From a bacterium (GTDB lineage Bacteria > Patescibacteriota > Minisyncoccia > Moranbacterales > UBA1568), in the NCBI GenBank assembly GCA_021821305.1, contig JAKACP010000001.1:260934-324933 (forward strand): a DNA stretch of 64,000 nucleotides, given 5' to 3'. Below are positions 8,136 through 17,816 of the stretch, in pieces. A program made the translations under genes and the position numbers. The notes under the pieces are model-generated. The model made no database searches. It saw only the letters and a list, made by a program, of their open reading frames with translations, and was not told where the DNA came from. The first letter of the stretch is position 1. Every line of letters starts with the position of its first letter.

Positions 8136-9752
8136 ATGATAAGCGAAAGCATACGGACGCTCGTCGAGGCGGCCGTTTCGAAATTGCGGGACGCTCAAGG
8201 CTGGGATCTTCCGGAGATGCCGGCTTTTGACGTGTCCCGGACCAAGGACGAACAGTTCGGCGACTGGGCGGTCAATGTCGCGATGATGCTTGCCAAACCG
8301 CTCGGGAAGAATCCGATGGAAATCGCCGAGGCGATCAAGGATGAGATCCTGAAACAAGTTCAGGACGACAAGATGTCATTCGAAAAGATAGAAGTCGCGA
8401 GGCCGGGGTATATCAACTTCTTTCTTTCGCCGGCGTACCTCACGGCCGTCTTGGGCGAAGTGCTCGAGAAAGGGGAGCATTTCGGCGACTCCGAGATCGG
8501 CAAGGGCAAGAAGATAAACAACGAATTCATCTCCGCGAATCCCGTCGGTCCGCTCCATCTTGGCAACGGCCGCGGTGGGTTCTACGGCGACGCGATCGCG
8601 CGGATTCTCCGCAAGACGGGGCATGAAGTCGTCAACGAATACTACGTGAACGATGCCGGGGAGCAGATCCTCGTCTTGGGGCACAGCGTGCTCAAGGACG
8701 AACAAGCGATCTATCCGGGCGAATACATCGACGATCTCCACGAACGATTCGGGAAACAAGGCGGCGATGTCCGTGAGGTCGGCGAACGATCGGCCGCGTA
8801 CCTCCTGGAGAACGACATCAAAAAAACCGTCTCCGAGGAGATGCGGATAGCATTCGATTCCTGGATTTCGGAGAAGAAGGACATCGTGGAGACGGGTCTC
8901 GTCGACCGCGCCCTGGCCGTGTTCAAGGAAAAGGGCATCGCGTACGAAAGCGAAGGGGCGCTCTGGCTCCGCACGACCGATTACGGCGATGACAAGGATC
9001 GGGTGCTCGTGAAGCAAGATGGGGTACGCACGTATTTCGCGTCCGACTGCGGGTATATCCTCCACAAGATGGAGCGCGGTTTCGATACGCTCATCGTCAT
9101 TCTCGGTGCCGACCATCACGGCTATACTGCGCGCTTCCGCGCCGCGGCGCAGGCGCTCGGATTCGCGGGTGAGATCAGATTCTTCGTCGTCCAGCTGGTG
9201 CGCCTCATGAAGGACGGCAAGGAAGTCCGCATGTCCAAGCGGGCGGGCAACGTCGTCTCGATCGATGAGCTCGTCAGGACGGTCGGGCATGACGCCGCGC
9301 GGTTCTTCTTCCTCATGTACTCGCCCGACACGCACATGAACTTCGACCTCGGGCTGGCCGAGGAACACTCGGAAAAAAATCCCGTCTATTACGTCGAGTA
9401 CGCCCATGCGAGACTCGCGAGCATTCTCCGCAAGGCGGAGGAAGCCGGGCTGTCCCCGGGTCGCGGTTCGCTCCCGCTCCTCGTCCATCCCAAGGAAGCG
9501 ACGCTCATGCGGGAACTCGCGTTCTTTCCCGAACTGCTCCGCACCGCGGCCGAGCAGTACGCTCCGCACAAACTGCCGACCTACGCGATACGTCTCGCCG
9601 ACAGACTGCATTCGTTCTACGCCGAGTGCCGGGTGATCGATCCGGAAAACAGTGAGCTCTCGCAGGCCCGTCTCGCGCTCGTGTCGGGGGTGAAAGTCGT
9701 GCTCAAGGAGACGCTTCATGTTCTCGGCATCGACGCGCCGGAAAAAATGTAA
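8136..9752 (+). CDS. argS: Arginine--tRNA ligase
   Basis: SANPVGPLHLGNGRG, GDDKDRVL, GADHHGY, MSKRAG, YVEYAHAR. Confidence 0.98.
   Translation: MISESIRTLVEAAVSKLRDAQGWDLPEMPAFDVSRTKDEQFGDWAVNVAMMLAKPLGKNPMEIAEAIKDEILKQVQDDKMSFEKIEVARPGYINFFLSPAYLTAVLGEVLEKGEHFGDSEIGKGKKINNEFISANPVGPLHLGNGRGGFYGDAIARILRKTGHEVVNEYYVNDAGEQILVLGHSVLKDEQAIYPGEYIDDLHERFGKQGGDVREVGERSAAYLLENDIKKTVSEEMRIAFDSWISEKKDIVETGLVDRALAVFKEKGIAYESEGALWLRTTDYGDDKDRVLVKQDGVRTYFASDCGYILHKMERGFDTLIVILGADHHGYTARFRAAAQALGFAGEIRFFVVQLVRLMKDGKEVRMSKRAGNVVSIDELVRTVGHDAARFFFLMYSPDTHMNFDLGLAEEHSEKNPVYYVEYAHARLASILRKAEEAGLSPGRGSLPLLVHPKEATLMRELAFFPELLRTAAEQYAPHKLPTYAIRLADRLHSFYAECRVIDPENSELSQARLALVSGVKVVLKETLHVLGIDAPEKM
8343..8370 (+). 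repeat. REP-like palindrome read in frame within argS (EILKQVQDD)
   Basis: GAGA-TCCTGAA-ACAAG-TTCAGGA-CGACA. Confidence 0.65.
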
Positions 9753-9774
9753 GACAAACAGGAAAAAGGAATCT

Positions 9775-9960
9775 ATGCCGAAGAAACGAGGTCAGGATGA
9801 GGAAATCCTTCTGTTCGCGATGAAGGTCGTGGGGCCTGTGGCCGTGTTTTTCGTCGCCGCCGCGGTGACGGATATCACGCACGTCGTCCGGTGGGCGAGC
9901 TCCGGCCCGATCGATTCGGCGCTCTACGCCGTTTCCGGGTTGATCGACTCGATATTCTGA
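9775..9960 (+). CDS. Small membrane protein
   Basis: 61-aa ORF with a hydrophobic segment and AAGGA upstream; fills the gap after argS. Confidence 0.55.
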   Translation: MPKKRGQDEEILLFAMKVVGPVAVFFVAAAVTDITHVVRWASSGPIDSALYAVSGLIDSIF

Positions 9961-9991
9961 GACGAGGGATCCATTCCTAGCGCAAACATAT

Positions 9992-10585
9992 ATGGAAATC
10001 GAACCGACGGTATTCTATCTCGTGCGTCACGGGGAAGCGGAGAATAATGTCCTCCACATCCTGAATTCATATTCGGAAGCGGACCGGTATGCGCTTACGG
10101 AGAAGGGACGCGGACAAGCGACGAAGGTCGCCACGAATGATCTGTCCGAAGATACGATCGACATCATCTTCAGCTCGCCGATCCGGCGTACCCGCGAGAC
10201 CGCGGAAATCATCGCTCGCGCGACCGGCGCGAAAGTGATATTCGACGAGCGGCTTCGTGAGACGGATTTCGGAATATACAGCGGTCGCCCGACATCCGCG
10301 CTCTGGGGGAAATATCCCGATCCGCTGATGCGTCTCGATGGGAACGAGGAAGAACATCTTGAGGGGTTCGGCGCGATGCGGGATCGGCTCGAATCGTTTC
10401 TGAAGGACGTCCTCGCGAAATATGCCGGAAAGACGATCGTCATCGTCTCGCATGGTGACCCGCTTGAGCAGGTTCACGGGATCCTGCTTGGAGATTCCGT
10501 ACAAAGGTCCGTGAATGGCTGGTACCCGGAGAAGGGGAGTTGTACGAAAGTGATTTCAAAACTTCACGATATGTCGCGGTCGTGA
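9992..10585 (+). CDS. Histidine phosphatase (phosphoglycerate mutase-like) family
   Basis: LVRHGE, SSPIRRTRETA, LRETDFG, VSHG. Confidence 0.92.
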   Translation: MEIEPTVFYLVRHGEAENNVLHILNSYSEADRYALTEKGRGQATKVATNDLSEDTIDIIFSSPIRRTRETAEIIARATGAKVIFDERLRETDFGIYSGRPTSALWGKYPDPLMRLDGNEEEHLEGFGAMRDRLESFLKDVLAKYAGKTIVIVSHGDPLEQVHGILLGDSVQRSVNGWYPEKGSCTKVISKLHDMSRS

Positions 10586-10608
10586 AGAATTGTGAAATTT
10601 TTTGACAC

Positions 10609-10893
10609 ATGGAAAATATCGCATCAATGTCAGACGGATTCAGTTTCGGGCTTGCAGGGCTCGTGTTCGGGGCGTATCTCGTCATTGATGCGTTGTACGC
10701 GCAGTATACTTATTCGGTCGTGGGGAGGAAGCCGATCCAGGCGGCAAATATCGGCTTTATCATGCATTTTCTCCTCGCATTCGGAGTGATTAATTACGTT
10801 GAGAACTTTCTCTACGTCATTCCGCTCGCGCTCGGCTCTTGGGCGGGCACGTATCTCGTTGTGTGGCGAGAAAAACGGAGAATGATTGCCTGA
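10609..10893 (+). CDS. Small membrane protein (3 TM)
   Basis: 94-aa hydrophobic ORF; GSWAGTY motif. Confidence 0.65.
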   Translation: MENIASMSDGFSFGLAGLVFGAYLVIDALYAQYTYSVVGRKPIQAANIGFIMHFLLAFGVINYVENFLYVIPLALGSWAGTYLVVWREKRRMIA

Positions 10894-10932
10894 AATGCAG
10901 ATTTCCGTTAGACTTTCCATACAATCTTGAAC

Positions 10933-11100
10933 GGCGATGAAGGGATGATCCTCCCGGAGCCCCAGGAAGAACGCCATTGTGGCCGGTAGAACCTGGCGGG
11001 TAAGCCCGTAACAGCGCGAATGAGTCCGCCAGCCGGCGGAGAATGAAGGTGGTACCACGTCATCGACGTCCTTCTCCGTTATTCGGGGCGGGATTTTTTG
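10933..11100 (+). promoter_or_regulatory. Ile T-box riboswitch (ultrashort stem I, transcription-terminator type)
   Basis: AUC specifier at 10948-10950; stem II CCAGG...GGTAGAA-CCTGG; T-box AAGGTGGTACCACG at 11046-11059; antiterminator; terminator TCCTTCTCCG/CGGGGCGGGA-T6; ileS downstream. Confidence 0.88.
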
Positions 11101-11110
11101 TTTATAAGGT

Positions 11111-11617
11111 ATGGACCAGTGGAAATCTCAACAGGCGATAATTTTTCTTACCGAACGGATGTCGAAGGTTAAGCTTTCGAAACCGTCGATTATTCATGGT
11201 ATCCGTGCCGGCCTCATCGCCGAAAACTGGTGTGTGGATGAAGATGCGATTCTCGCAAGCTATCTCCATGATATTTTGGAAGACACGGATACGACGTACG
11301 ATGACATGGTCGCTGCTTTCGGGGGAAAAGTAGCGGAAGCGGTCCGTGCCAATACGAAGTTCGGTACGAATGGAGAGAAAAAAGATATCGGACAGATTAT
11401 CGATTCTTGTCTCCGTGTAGGGGAATACGCGGTCATAGCGAAAGCAGCGGACATTCTCGACAATATCCGGAACTACAAGGGATATCATGCGCAGGAAAAA
11501 TGGGAGCGCGAGCGCGAGTCGCTTGAAAAAAAACGGGAAGTTTTTCTGGACAGGTGCGCGGCGTATGTTGACCGGAATTTTTATAAAGACATGGTATCCG
11601 CAATTTTCAGCAAGTAG
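11111..11617 (+). CDS. HD-domain protein, RelA/SpoT hydrolase (SAH/Mesh1)-like
   Basis: PSIIH, LHDILEDT, FGGKVAEAV..TK, KAADILDN match the ppGpp-hydrolase HD signature. Confidence 0.75.
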   Translation: MDQWKSQQAIIFLTERMSKVKLSKPSIIHGIRAGLIAENWCVDEDAILASYLHDILEDTDTTYDDMVAAFGGKVAEAVRANTKFGTNGEKKDIGQIIDSCLRVGEYAVIAKAADILDNIRNYKGYHAQEKWERERESLEKKREVFLDRCAAYVDRNFYKDMVSAIFSK

Positions 11618-11627
11618 CCATAAACAT

Positions 11628-14600
11628 ATGTTCAAGAAAGTCGATCCGAAGGTGAGTTTCCCGAAGATGGAGGAGGAGATTCTCGCATACTGGGAATCGA
11701 ACAAGATATTCGAGAAGTCGGTGTCGAAAGATGCGCCGAACGGAGAATTCGTGTTCTACGAGGGACCGCCGACGGCGAACGGCAAGCCAGGGCTTCATCA
11801 TGTCCTGGCCCGTTCGTTCAAGGACATCATCCCGCGGTACAAGACGATGAAGGGCTACCATGCGACGCGCAAGGCCGGCTGGGATACGCACGGACTTCCG
11901 GTCGAGCTTCAGGTGGAGAAGGCGCTCGGACTCAAGAACAAGCAGGACATCGAGAACATCGTTCCGGGTGATGCGCGGGCGAGCGTCATCGAGTTCAACA
12001 AGCGATGCAAGGAATCGGTATGGGAGTATCGCGATCTCTGGGAGAAGATGACCCGGCGGATGGGGTACTGGATGGATATGGAACATCCGTACGTCACGTA
12101 TGAAAACCCGTATATCGAATCGGTCTGGTGGCAGATCGCCCGCATCGCGGAACTCAAGGACGAGAAGGGGGAGAGCCTCCTTTATCGCGGGCACAAGGTC
12201 GTCCCGTACTGCTATCGGTGCGGCACGGCGCTCTCGTCGCACGAAGTCGCGCAGGGGTATCAGACGGTGAAGGATAATTCGGTGTATGTCAGGTTCAAGG
12301 TGAAACCGAATGCCGGGAAAGGATACGACGACCACACCTATTTCCTCGCGTGGACGACGACGCCATGGACGCTTCCGGGAAATGTCGCGCTTGCCATCAA
12401 CCCGGTGATCCCTTATGTGCTCGTTTCCGCAGGCGAGGAGAAGTACATCATAGCTGAACCGCTTCGCGAGAAACTGTTTCCCGATGCTCACGTCGAGAAG
12501 TCCTTCCAGGGCAAAGAACTGCTCGGTGATCGATATGAATGCCTCTATCGGACAGGCGAGGAAGGAACCTGTTATCGGATCGTAGCCGGTGATTTCGTGA
12601 CGACGGATTCCGGAACAGGCATCGTCCATATCGCGCCGGCATTCGGGGAGGACGACGCGAATGTCGCTCGGGAGAGCGGACTGCCGACGCTTCATACGGT
12701 CGACCCCGAGGGGAAAGTCAGTGTCGATGTCCCCGGAAAAGGGATTCCGGTCAAGAAGAAGAACGACAAGAACCGGTACATGGTCGATGATCTCATCATC
12801 GAGGATCTGAAAACGAGAGGACTGCTCTTCAAGGAGGAGATCTACGAACATGAATATCCCTTCTGCTGGCGCTGTGATACGCCGCTCATCTATTTCGCGA
12901 AGCCGTCGTGGTTCATCGCGATGAGCGCGGTGCGCGAGGAACTCGTCGCGAACGCCGAAGCGATCAACTGGATTCCGGAGAATATCAAGGAAGGACGGTT
13001 CGGGGAGTGGCTTCGCGGTGTCCGCGACTGGGCGATCTCGCGGGACCGGTATTGGGGAACGCCGATTCCGATCTGGACCTGTGACGCGTGCGACCGGAGA
13101 GTGGTCGTCGAATCGTCGGCGCAACTCGAGAAACTTTCAGGCAAGAAACCCGATGATCTGCACAAGCCCTATATCGACGATGTCGAATGGGTGTGCGGAT
13201 GCGGCGAGGGGACGATGGAGCGGACGCCGGAAGTGCTCGACGTATGGTTCGACTCGGGGGCGATGCCGCTCGCCCAGTTCTCCTATCCGGCCGGTGCTTC
13301 GGCGGAAGAGAAGGAAAATATCGAGACAGGGAAATCATTCCCGGCAGGATTCATCGCCGAAGGCGTCGATCAGACGCGTGGGTGGTTCTATACGCTTCAT
13401 GCGATCGCGACGCTCCTTCACAAGGCCGGAGCGGTGCCGGCGGGGAACGCGTACGGCAATGCCATCTGCCTCGGACACATGCTCGATGGGAAGGGGAAGA
13501 AGATGTCGAAGTCGAAGGGGAACGTGATCGATCCGTTCCAGATGTTCGACGAGTACGGTGCGGATATGCTCCGGTTCGCGCTTTTCTCGATCAATCAGCC
13601 GGGACTTCCGAAGCGCTTCGACACCAAGGTGATGCGCGACGTCCAGAATCGCGTGTTCCGGATGCTCTGGAATTCGTATTCGTTCTTCATGACGTACGCG
13701 AGCATAGACGGATGGAAACCATCGGACAAGGGACAAGAAACAGGGAACAAGGAACAGGGGAACATCCTTGATCGGTGGATAGTGTCGGAGCTTCAACTGC
13801 TCATGAGATCGGTCGATGAGTCGCTTGCTGGCTATGACGTGTATGGGCCGACCCAGAAGATCGAATCGTTCATCGACGATCTCTCGAACTGGTACATCCG
13901 TCGGAGCCGCGGTCGTTTCTGGAAGCCTGCCCGAACGATGCAATCGGGCGGGACGGAGGACGATGCCGACAAGGAAAGCGCGTACGCGACGCTTCACTCT
14001 GTGCTCGTCGAACTCTCGAAACTCATGGCGCCGTTCACGCCATTCCTCGCGGAAGAGATGTATCGCAATCTGACGGGCAAGGAATCGGTACATCTTGAGG
14101 AATATCCGATGGCGGATGAACGTCTGATTGATGTGAAATTGAATGAGGACATGAAACTTGCTAGGTTCATAGTTTATATGGGTCTTCAAGCACGAGCCGA
14201 ACATAAGATTAAAGTAAGGCAGCCATTGCAGTCTGTCAGTGCACGTCCTCTTGGAATGGAGCTAGAGGAAATCGTTAAAGAAGAATTGAACGTGAAGGAA
14301 TATGACAGTAGTGATCATGATGAAAATTATCGAGGTTCCCTTAATCTTCTTGATTTAACTATAACTCCCGAACTCAAGCTCGAGGGACAGGCGCGTGAAA
14401 TCATCCGCGCTATCCAGGAAGGGCGCAAGAAAGCCGGATTCAACGTGGAAGACCGGATCATGCTCGGATACGAGGGCATGGAAGGTGTGTTCGAGTCCGC
14501 CGATCTCAATGCCATGATCGCTGGTGAGACGCTCGCCGAAGGCGGGGTCTCGAAAGGTGAGATCGCTGACGCGGACTATACCGATTCCGTCGATATCGAC

Positions 14601-14633
14601 GAGGAACGATTCGCTTTCTGGTTGAAGCGGTAA
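11628..14633 (+). CDS. ileS: Isoleucine--tRNA ligase (type 2)
   Basis: EGPPTANGKPGLHH, GWDTHGLP, WTTTPWTLPGN, DWAISRDRYWG, KMSKS; start at ATG 11628. Confidence 0.98.
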   Translation: MFKKVDPKVSFPKMEEEILAYWESNKIFEKSVSKDAPNGEFVFYEGPPTANGKPGLHHVLARSFKDIIPRYKTMKGYHATRKAGWDTHGLPVELQVEKALGLKNKQDIENIVPGDARASVIEFNKRCKESVWEYRDLWEKMTRRMGYWMDMEHPYVTYENPYIESVWWQIARIAELKDEKGESLLYRGHKVVPYCYRCGTALSSHEVAQGYQTVKDNSVYVRFKVKPNAGKGYDDHTYFLAWTTTPWTLPGNVALAINPVIPYVLVSAGEEKYIIAEPLREKLFPDAHVEKSFQGKELLGDRYECLYRTGEEGTCYRIVAGDFVTTDSGTGIVHIAPAFGEDDANVARESGLPTLHTVDPEGKVSVDVPGKGIPVKKKNDKNRYMVDDLIIEDLKTRGLLFKEEIYEHEYPFCWRCDTPLIYFAKPSWFIAMSAVREELVANAEAINWIPENIKEGRFGEWLRGVRDWAISRDRYWGTPIPIWTCDACDRRVVVESSAQLEKLSGKKPDDLHKPYIDDVEWVCGCGEGTMERTPEVLDVWFDSGAMPLAQFSYPAGASAEEKENIETGKSFPAGFIAEGVDQTRGWFYTLHAIATLLHKAGAVPAGNAYGNAICLGHMLDGKGKKMSKSKGNVIDPFQMFDEYGADMLRFALFSINQPGLPKRFDTKVMRDVQNRVFRMLWNSYSFFMTYASIDGWKPSDKGQETGNKEQGNILDRWIVSELQLLMRSVDESLAGYDVYGPTQKIESFIDDLSNWYIRRSRGRFWKPARTMQSGGTEDDADKESAYATLHSVLVELSKLMAPFTPFLAEEMYRNLTGKESVHLEEYPMADERLIDVKLNEDMKLARFIVYMGLQARAEHKIKVRQPLQSVSARPLGMELEEIVKEELNVKEYDSSDHDENYRGSLNLLDLTITPELKLEGQAREIIRAIQEGRKKAGFNVEDRIMLGYEGMEGVFESADLNAMIAGETLAEGGVSKGEIADADYTDSVDIDEERFAFWLKR
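13724..13764 (+). repeat. In-frame heptamer tract in ileS (DKGQETGNKEQG)
   Basis: GGACAAG GGACAAG AAACAGG GAACAAG GAACAGG. Confidence 0.8.
13926..13952 (+). repeat. 27-bp CCTGCCCG...CGGG palindrome in frame in ileS (PARTMQSGG)
   Basis: CCTGCCCGA-ACGATGCAA-TCGGGCGGG between RFWK and TEDDADK. Confidence 0.75.
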
Positions 14634-14641
14634 TCGGTCAC

Positions 14642-14671
14642 AAAAAAAGACGGTGCGATTATCGCATCGTC
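14642..14671 (-). terminator. Intrinsic terminator (T-tract on minus strand)
   Basis: A7-GACGGTGCGAT-T-ATCGCATCGTC. Confidence 0.65.
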
Positions 14672-14690
14672 CGGTCCCGGGAAATTGTTC

Positions 14691-15020
14691 CTAGAGGGTA
14701 AGGAATATCTTGAAAGGCCTTTCTTTCGCTTCGCTCAGGCAGTATTCCCATACCGCCTTCAGGTCGTTGCGATTCGCGGTCTTTTTCGGCCCGCTTTCGA
14801 TACGGTAACCGTGCTCTTCGTTTTCTCCTACTCTGAAAGGAGTCGCCTTGGTTCCGATCTTGTATTTGTACGATATTTCCAGCAAATCGGCCTTTCGCCC
14901 CGTCTGCTTGAGGTATATTCGTGCGTAATCGACGGCATCGTCGATACCGGGAAAGGCTCCTATGCGCTCACTATCGATTATGGTGAACGGGCCGGCCTTA
15001 TTCCTGCTTGCGATGAGCAT
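14691..15020 (-). CDS. Orphan hypothetical protein
   Basis: 109-aa ORF with AGGAGG SD 8 nt upstream and a downstream terminator. Confidence 0.65.
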   Translation of the reverse strand: MLIASRNKAGPFTIIDSERIGAFPGIDDAVDYARIYLKQTGRKADLLEISYKYKIGTKATPFRVGENEEHGYRIESGPKKTANRNDLKAVWEYCLSEAKERPFKIFLTL

Positions 15021-15090
15021 GGTACAATCCTCCTGAGAGAATGCCTTAGGGCATGACTTCTTCTATCATAGCCGATGATCCGTGTAAAGT

Positions 15091-15807
15091 ATGGAACTCC
15101 GCTACACCGCTATCGTGATCGGGAAACGGGAGGTCGGCGAGACCGACCGTCTCTATACGTTCATGACGCGCGAAGGGGGCAAGATCCGCGCCAAGGCGAT
15201 CGGCGTCCGCAAGGCCGAAGCCAAGCTCGCCTCGTCGCTCGAGACGCTCACGCTCTCCGATATCACGATCGTCCGCGGTCGCGGTATCGGGCGTATCGCC
15301 GGAGCCATCGCCGAGGAGACCTATCCCAACCTCCGATCGGATCTGGATACCCTGTCGCAGGCGCTCGAGGCCGTGCGCATCTTCGATTCCTTGGTCGGGC
15401 TGGAAGAACCCGATCAGGCGATGTTCGAACTCCTGCATGAATACCTCACGCTCCTCGACGGTCTCGCGGAAACAGGCGGGCAGTCGGCCGCACCGCTCCT
15501 GTCCGAGGCGTTTTACGTGAAACTCGCATCCGGACTCGGGTACCACCTCGAGACGTCCGTCTGCGCGGTTTCGGGGGAGCGTCTCTCGCCGGGAGCCGGG
15601 TGTTTCTTCAGTCCGGACGCCGGCGGGGTCGTGCTAGAGGCGCACGCCGACCGGTACTCGGTCGCCATAAGCGAGAACGCGGTCAAGATTCTCCGTATAT
15701 TCCTCGCCAACCGGCTGTCGTCGATCCGGAAGATACGCGTGGACAAGCGCGACGTCGAGGAGCTCTCCCGCATCCGCGCGATCTTTTTCCGGCATATCCA
15801 ACGCTGA
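15091..15807 (+). CDS. recO: DNA repair protein RecO
   Basis: GETDRLYTFMTREGGKIRAKAIGVRK; C-terminal CAVSG...FFSPDAGG. Confidence 0.92.
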   Translation: MELRYTAIVIGKREVGETDRLYTFMTREGGKIRAKAIGVRKAEAKLASSLETLTLSDITIVRGRGIGRIAGAIAEETYPNLRSDLDTLSQALEAVRIFDSLVGLEEPDQAMFELLHEYLTLLDGLAETGGQSAAPLLSEAFYVKLASGLGYHLETSVCAVSGERLSPGAGCFFSPDAGGVVLEAHADRYSVAISENAVKILRIFLANRLSSIRKIRVDKRDVEELSRIRAIFFRHIQR

Positions 15808-15904
15808 TACCTTCGGATACGGGCACTTTTTTGCTATACTTGGAGCAGCGGATCGATTGTTTCTCCCGCCATACTCTATCACCTAAAAGCTAGCACCTGT
15901 TTTT

Positions 15905-17812
15905 ATGGGTCTTCAGGATCTCAACGAGGATATCTATCGTCGCGACTATGCGGACGGGCGCGAATCGCGCACGGAGTATGACCCCGGGAACCCCGAGGCC
16001 AAGGGAGACGTCCAGTTCAAGTCGGACACGTGGGGGGTCAACGAGACTCCGGTCAAGACGAGCGTGTTCTCGAGGATCGGGGAATTCTTCGCCACGAAAT
16101 GGAAGTGGGTCCTCATCGGGCTTATCTCGATAATCTTTCTCGCGTTCCTCGCGAACCTGACCTTCATCCGTGAGATGCTCTTCACCGATGACCGTATCGG
16201 CATAAGCGTCGTGGGCCCGTCCGAAGTCGCGAGCGCCGAAACGGTGGAATATACGCTCCGCTATGACAACGGGAACGTCCTTTCGGCCGACGATGTCAGC
16301 ATCACCCTCACGTTTCCGGACTCGTTCAAGATCGAGCAGGGCGAGGGCATGTCGATAGAGGGGAACAGGGCGACGCTCTCGGTGGGAGAGGTGGGCGGTC
16401 GTTCGTCCGGAGAGGCGAAGTTTTCGGGGAAATTCTACGGATCCAAGGGTACGCTCACCTATCTGAAGGCGACGTTCGGCTTTTCCCCGTCCGGGATGTC
16501 GAGCCGCTTCGAGAAGGACACCCAGTACGGCGTGACCATCGCGTCCTCGCCGCTCGTGCTCGAGGCCATCGCCCCCAAGGAAATCGCCTCCGGAAACGAG
16601 GTGGAGTACGTCATCTCGTATCGCAACGAGAGCGATCTGTCGTTCTCGAATCTCCGCGTGAAGGCGGAGTATCCGGACGGCTTCCGTTTCAACCAATCCG
16701 AACCGAAATCGACGGAAGGCGATTCGCTCTGGCGCATCGGTAACATCCTGCCGCACGCGAGCGGTGAGATACGCATCAAGGGAATCCTCACGGGTTCGCG
16801 CGATCAGGTGAAGGTGTTCCGCGTGTCGCTCGGCGTCCTCCAAGGCGACGATACGTTCGTGGCATACGATCAGAAGGAGCGGACGACCCGCGTCGTCATG
16901 TCTCCGCTTACGATCACGCAGACCGTGAACGGCAAGACCGAACTCTCCGTGAACCCCGGCGATATGCTCAAATACGAGCTCAAATACATGAACGAGGGGA
17001 CGGTCGGACTGCGCGACGTCATCATCACCCTCGAGATGAACGCGTCGCTCCTCGACGTGACGCGGCTCACCCTTCGCGGCGGTTCCTACGATACCGCGAG
17101 GAACATCATCACCTGGAGGGCGTCCGATATTCCCGAACTGGCACGCCTCGAGCCGAATCGCGGCGGGACGGTGACTTTTTCGGTGCCGGTGCGCGGGGAT
17201 ATCGCGGTCAACACCGAAGCCGGAAAACATCTCTCCGTGAGGACGGTCGCGAAGATCGACAGCCTGGATATACCGTTCTCGTCGCCGACCAACAAGGTCA
17301 TCTCGAGCAACATGCTCGATGTCCGTATCGGGTCCGTCGTCGATTTCCAGATCAACGGTTTCTATTTCGATGCCGCACTCCCGAATACCGGTCCGATTCC
17401 GCCCAAAGTCGGGGCGGAAACCACCTATACGTTGCGGTTCAAGGTGACCAATTTCCTCAATGACATCTCCAAGGCCCGGGTTTCCGTGCTGGTTCCGACA
17501 TCGGTCCGCTTCACCGGGAAACGGTCCCCGGACAGCGAATCGGTATCGTACAACGATCGGACCGGACAGCTCACGTGGGATATCGGAAGCATCCTCGGCG
17601 GCGGTGAGAGTTCCCGCGAGGTGGCGCTCCAGTTCTCGATCACGCCGAGCCCGAACCAGATAGGCAATGCGGCCCAGCTCCTCACGAATGCCGTATTCGA
17701 GGCCGAGGACGTGTTCACCAAAGATCCGATCCGCATCGAGCGGGGAAGCAAGACGACCTCGCTTCAGGAGGACAAGAGTATTGCCAGCACGGCGTATGTC
17801 GTCGTACCATAG
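15905..17812 (+). CDS. Membrane-anchored protein with tandem Ig-like (DUF11-like) domains
   Basis: One TM, then repeated YxxxYxNxG...V.IT..P...W.IG beta-sandwich patterns. Confidence 0.7.
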   Translation: MGLQDLNEDIYRRDYADGRESRTEYDPGNPEAKGDVQFKSDTWGVNETPVKTSVFSRIGEFFATKWKWVLIGLISIIFLAFLANLTFIREMLFTDDRIGISVVGPSEVASAETVEYTLRYDNGNVLSADDVSITLTFPDSFKIEQGEGMSIEGNRATLSVGEVGGRSSGEAKFSGKFYGSKGTLTYLKATFGFSPSGMSSRFEKDTQYGVTIASSPLVLEAIAPKEIASGNEVEYVISYRNESDLSFSNLRVKAEYPDGFRFNQSEPKSTEGDSLWRIGNILPHASGEIRIKGILTGSRDQVKVFRVSLGVLQGDDTFVAYDQKERTTRVVMSPLTITQTVNGKTELSVNPGDMLKYELKYMNEGTVGLRDVIITLEMNASLLDVTRLTLRGGSYDTARNIITWRASDIPELARLEPNRGGTVTFSVPVRGDIAVNTEAGKHLSVRTVAKIDSLDIPFSSPTNKVISSNMLDVRIGSVVDFQINGFYFDAALPNTGPIPPKVGAETTYTLRFKVTNFLNDISKARVSVLVPTSVRFTGKRSPDSESVSYNDRTGQLTWDIGSILGGGESSREVALQFSITPSPNQIGNAAQLLTNAVFEAEDVFTKDPIRIERGSKTTSLQEDKSIASTAYVVVP

Positions 17813-17816
17813 CGGC

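Noticed and set aside
14125-14365. ileS AT-rich patch as a DGR variable region
   Set aside because: No template repeat or reverse transcriptase is visible in the window
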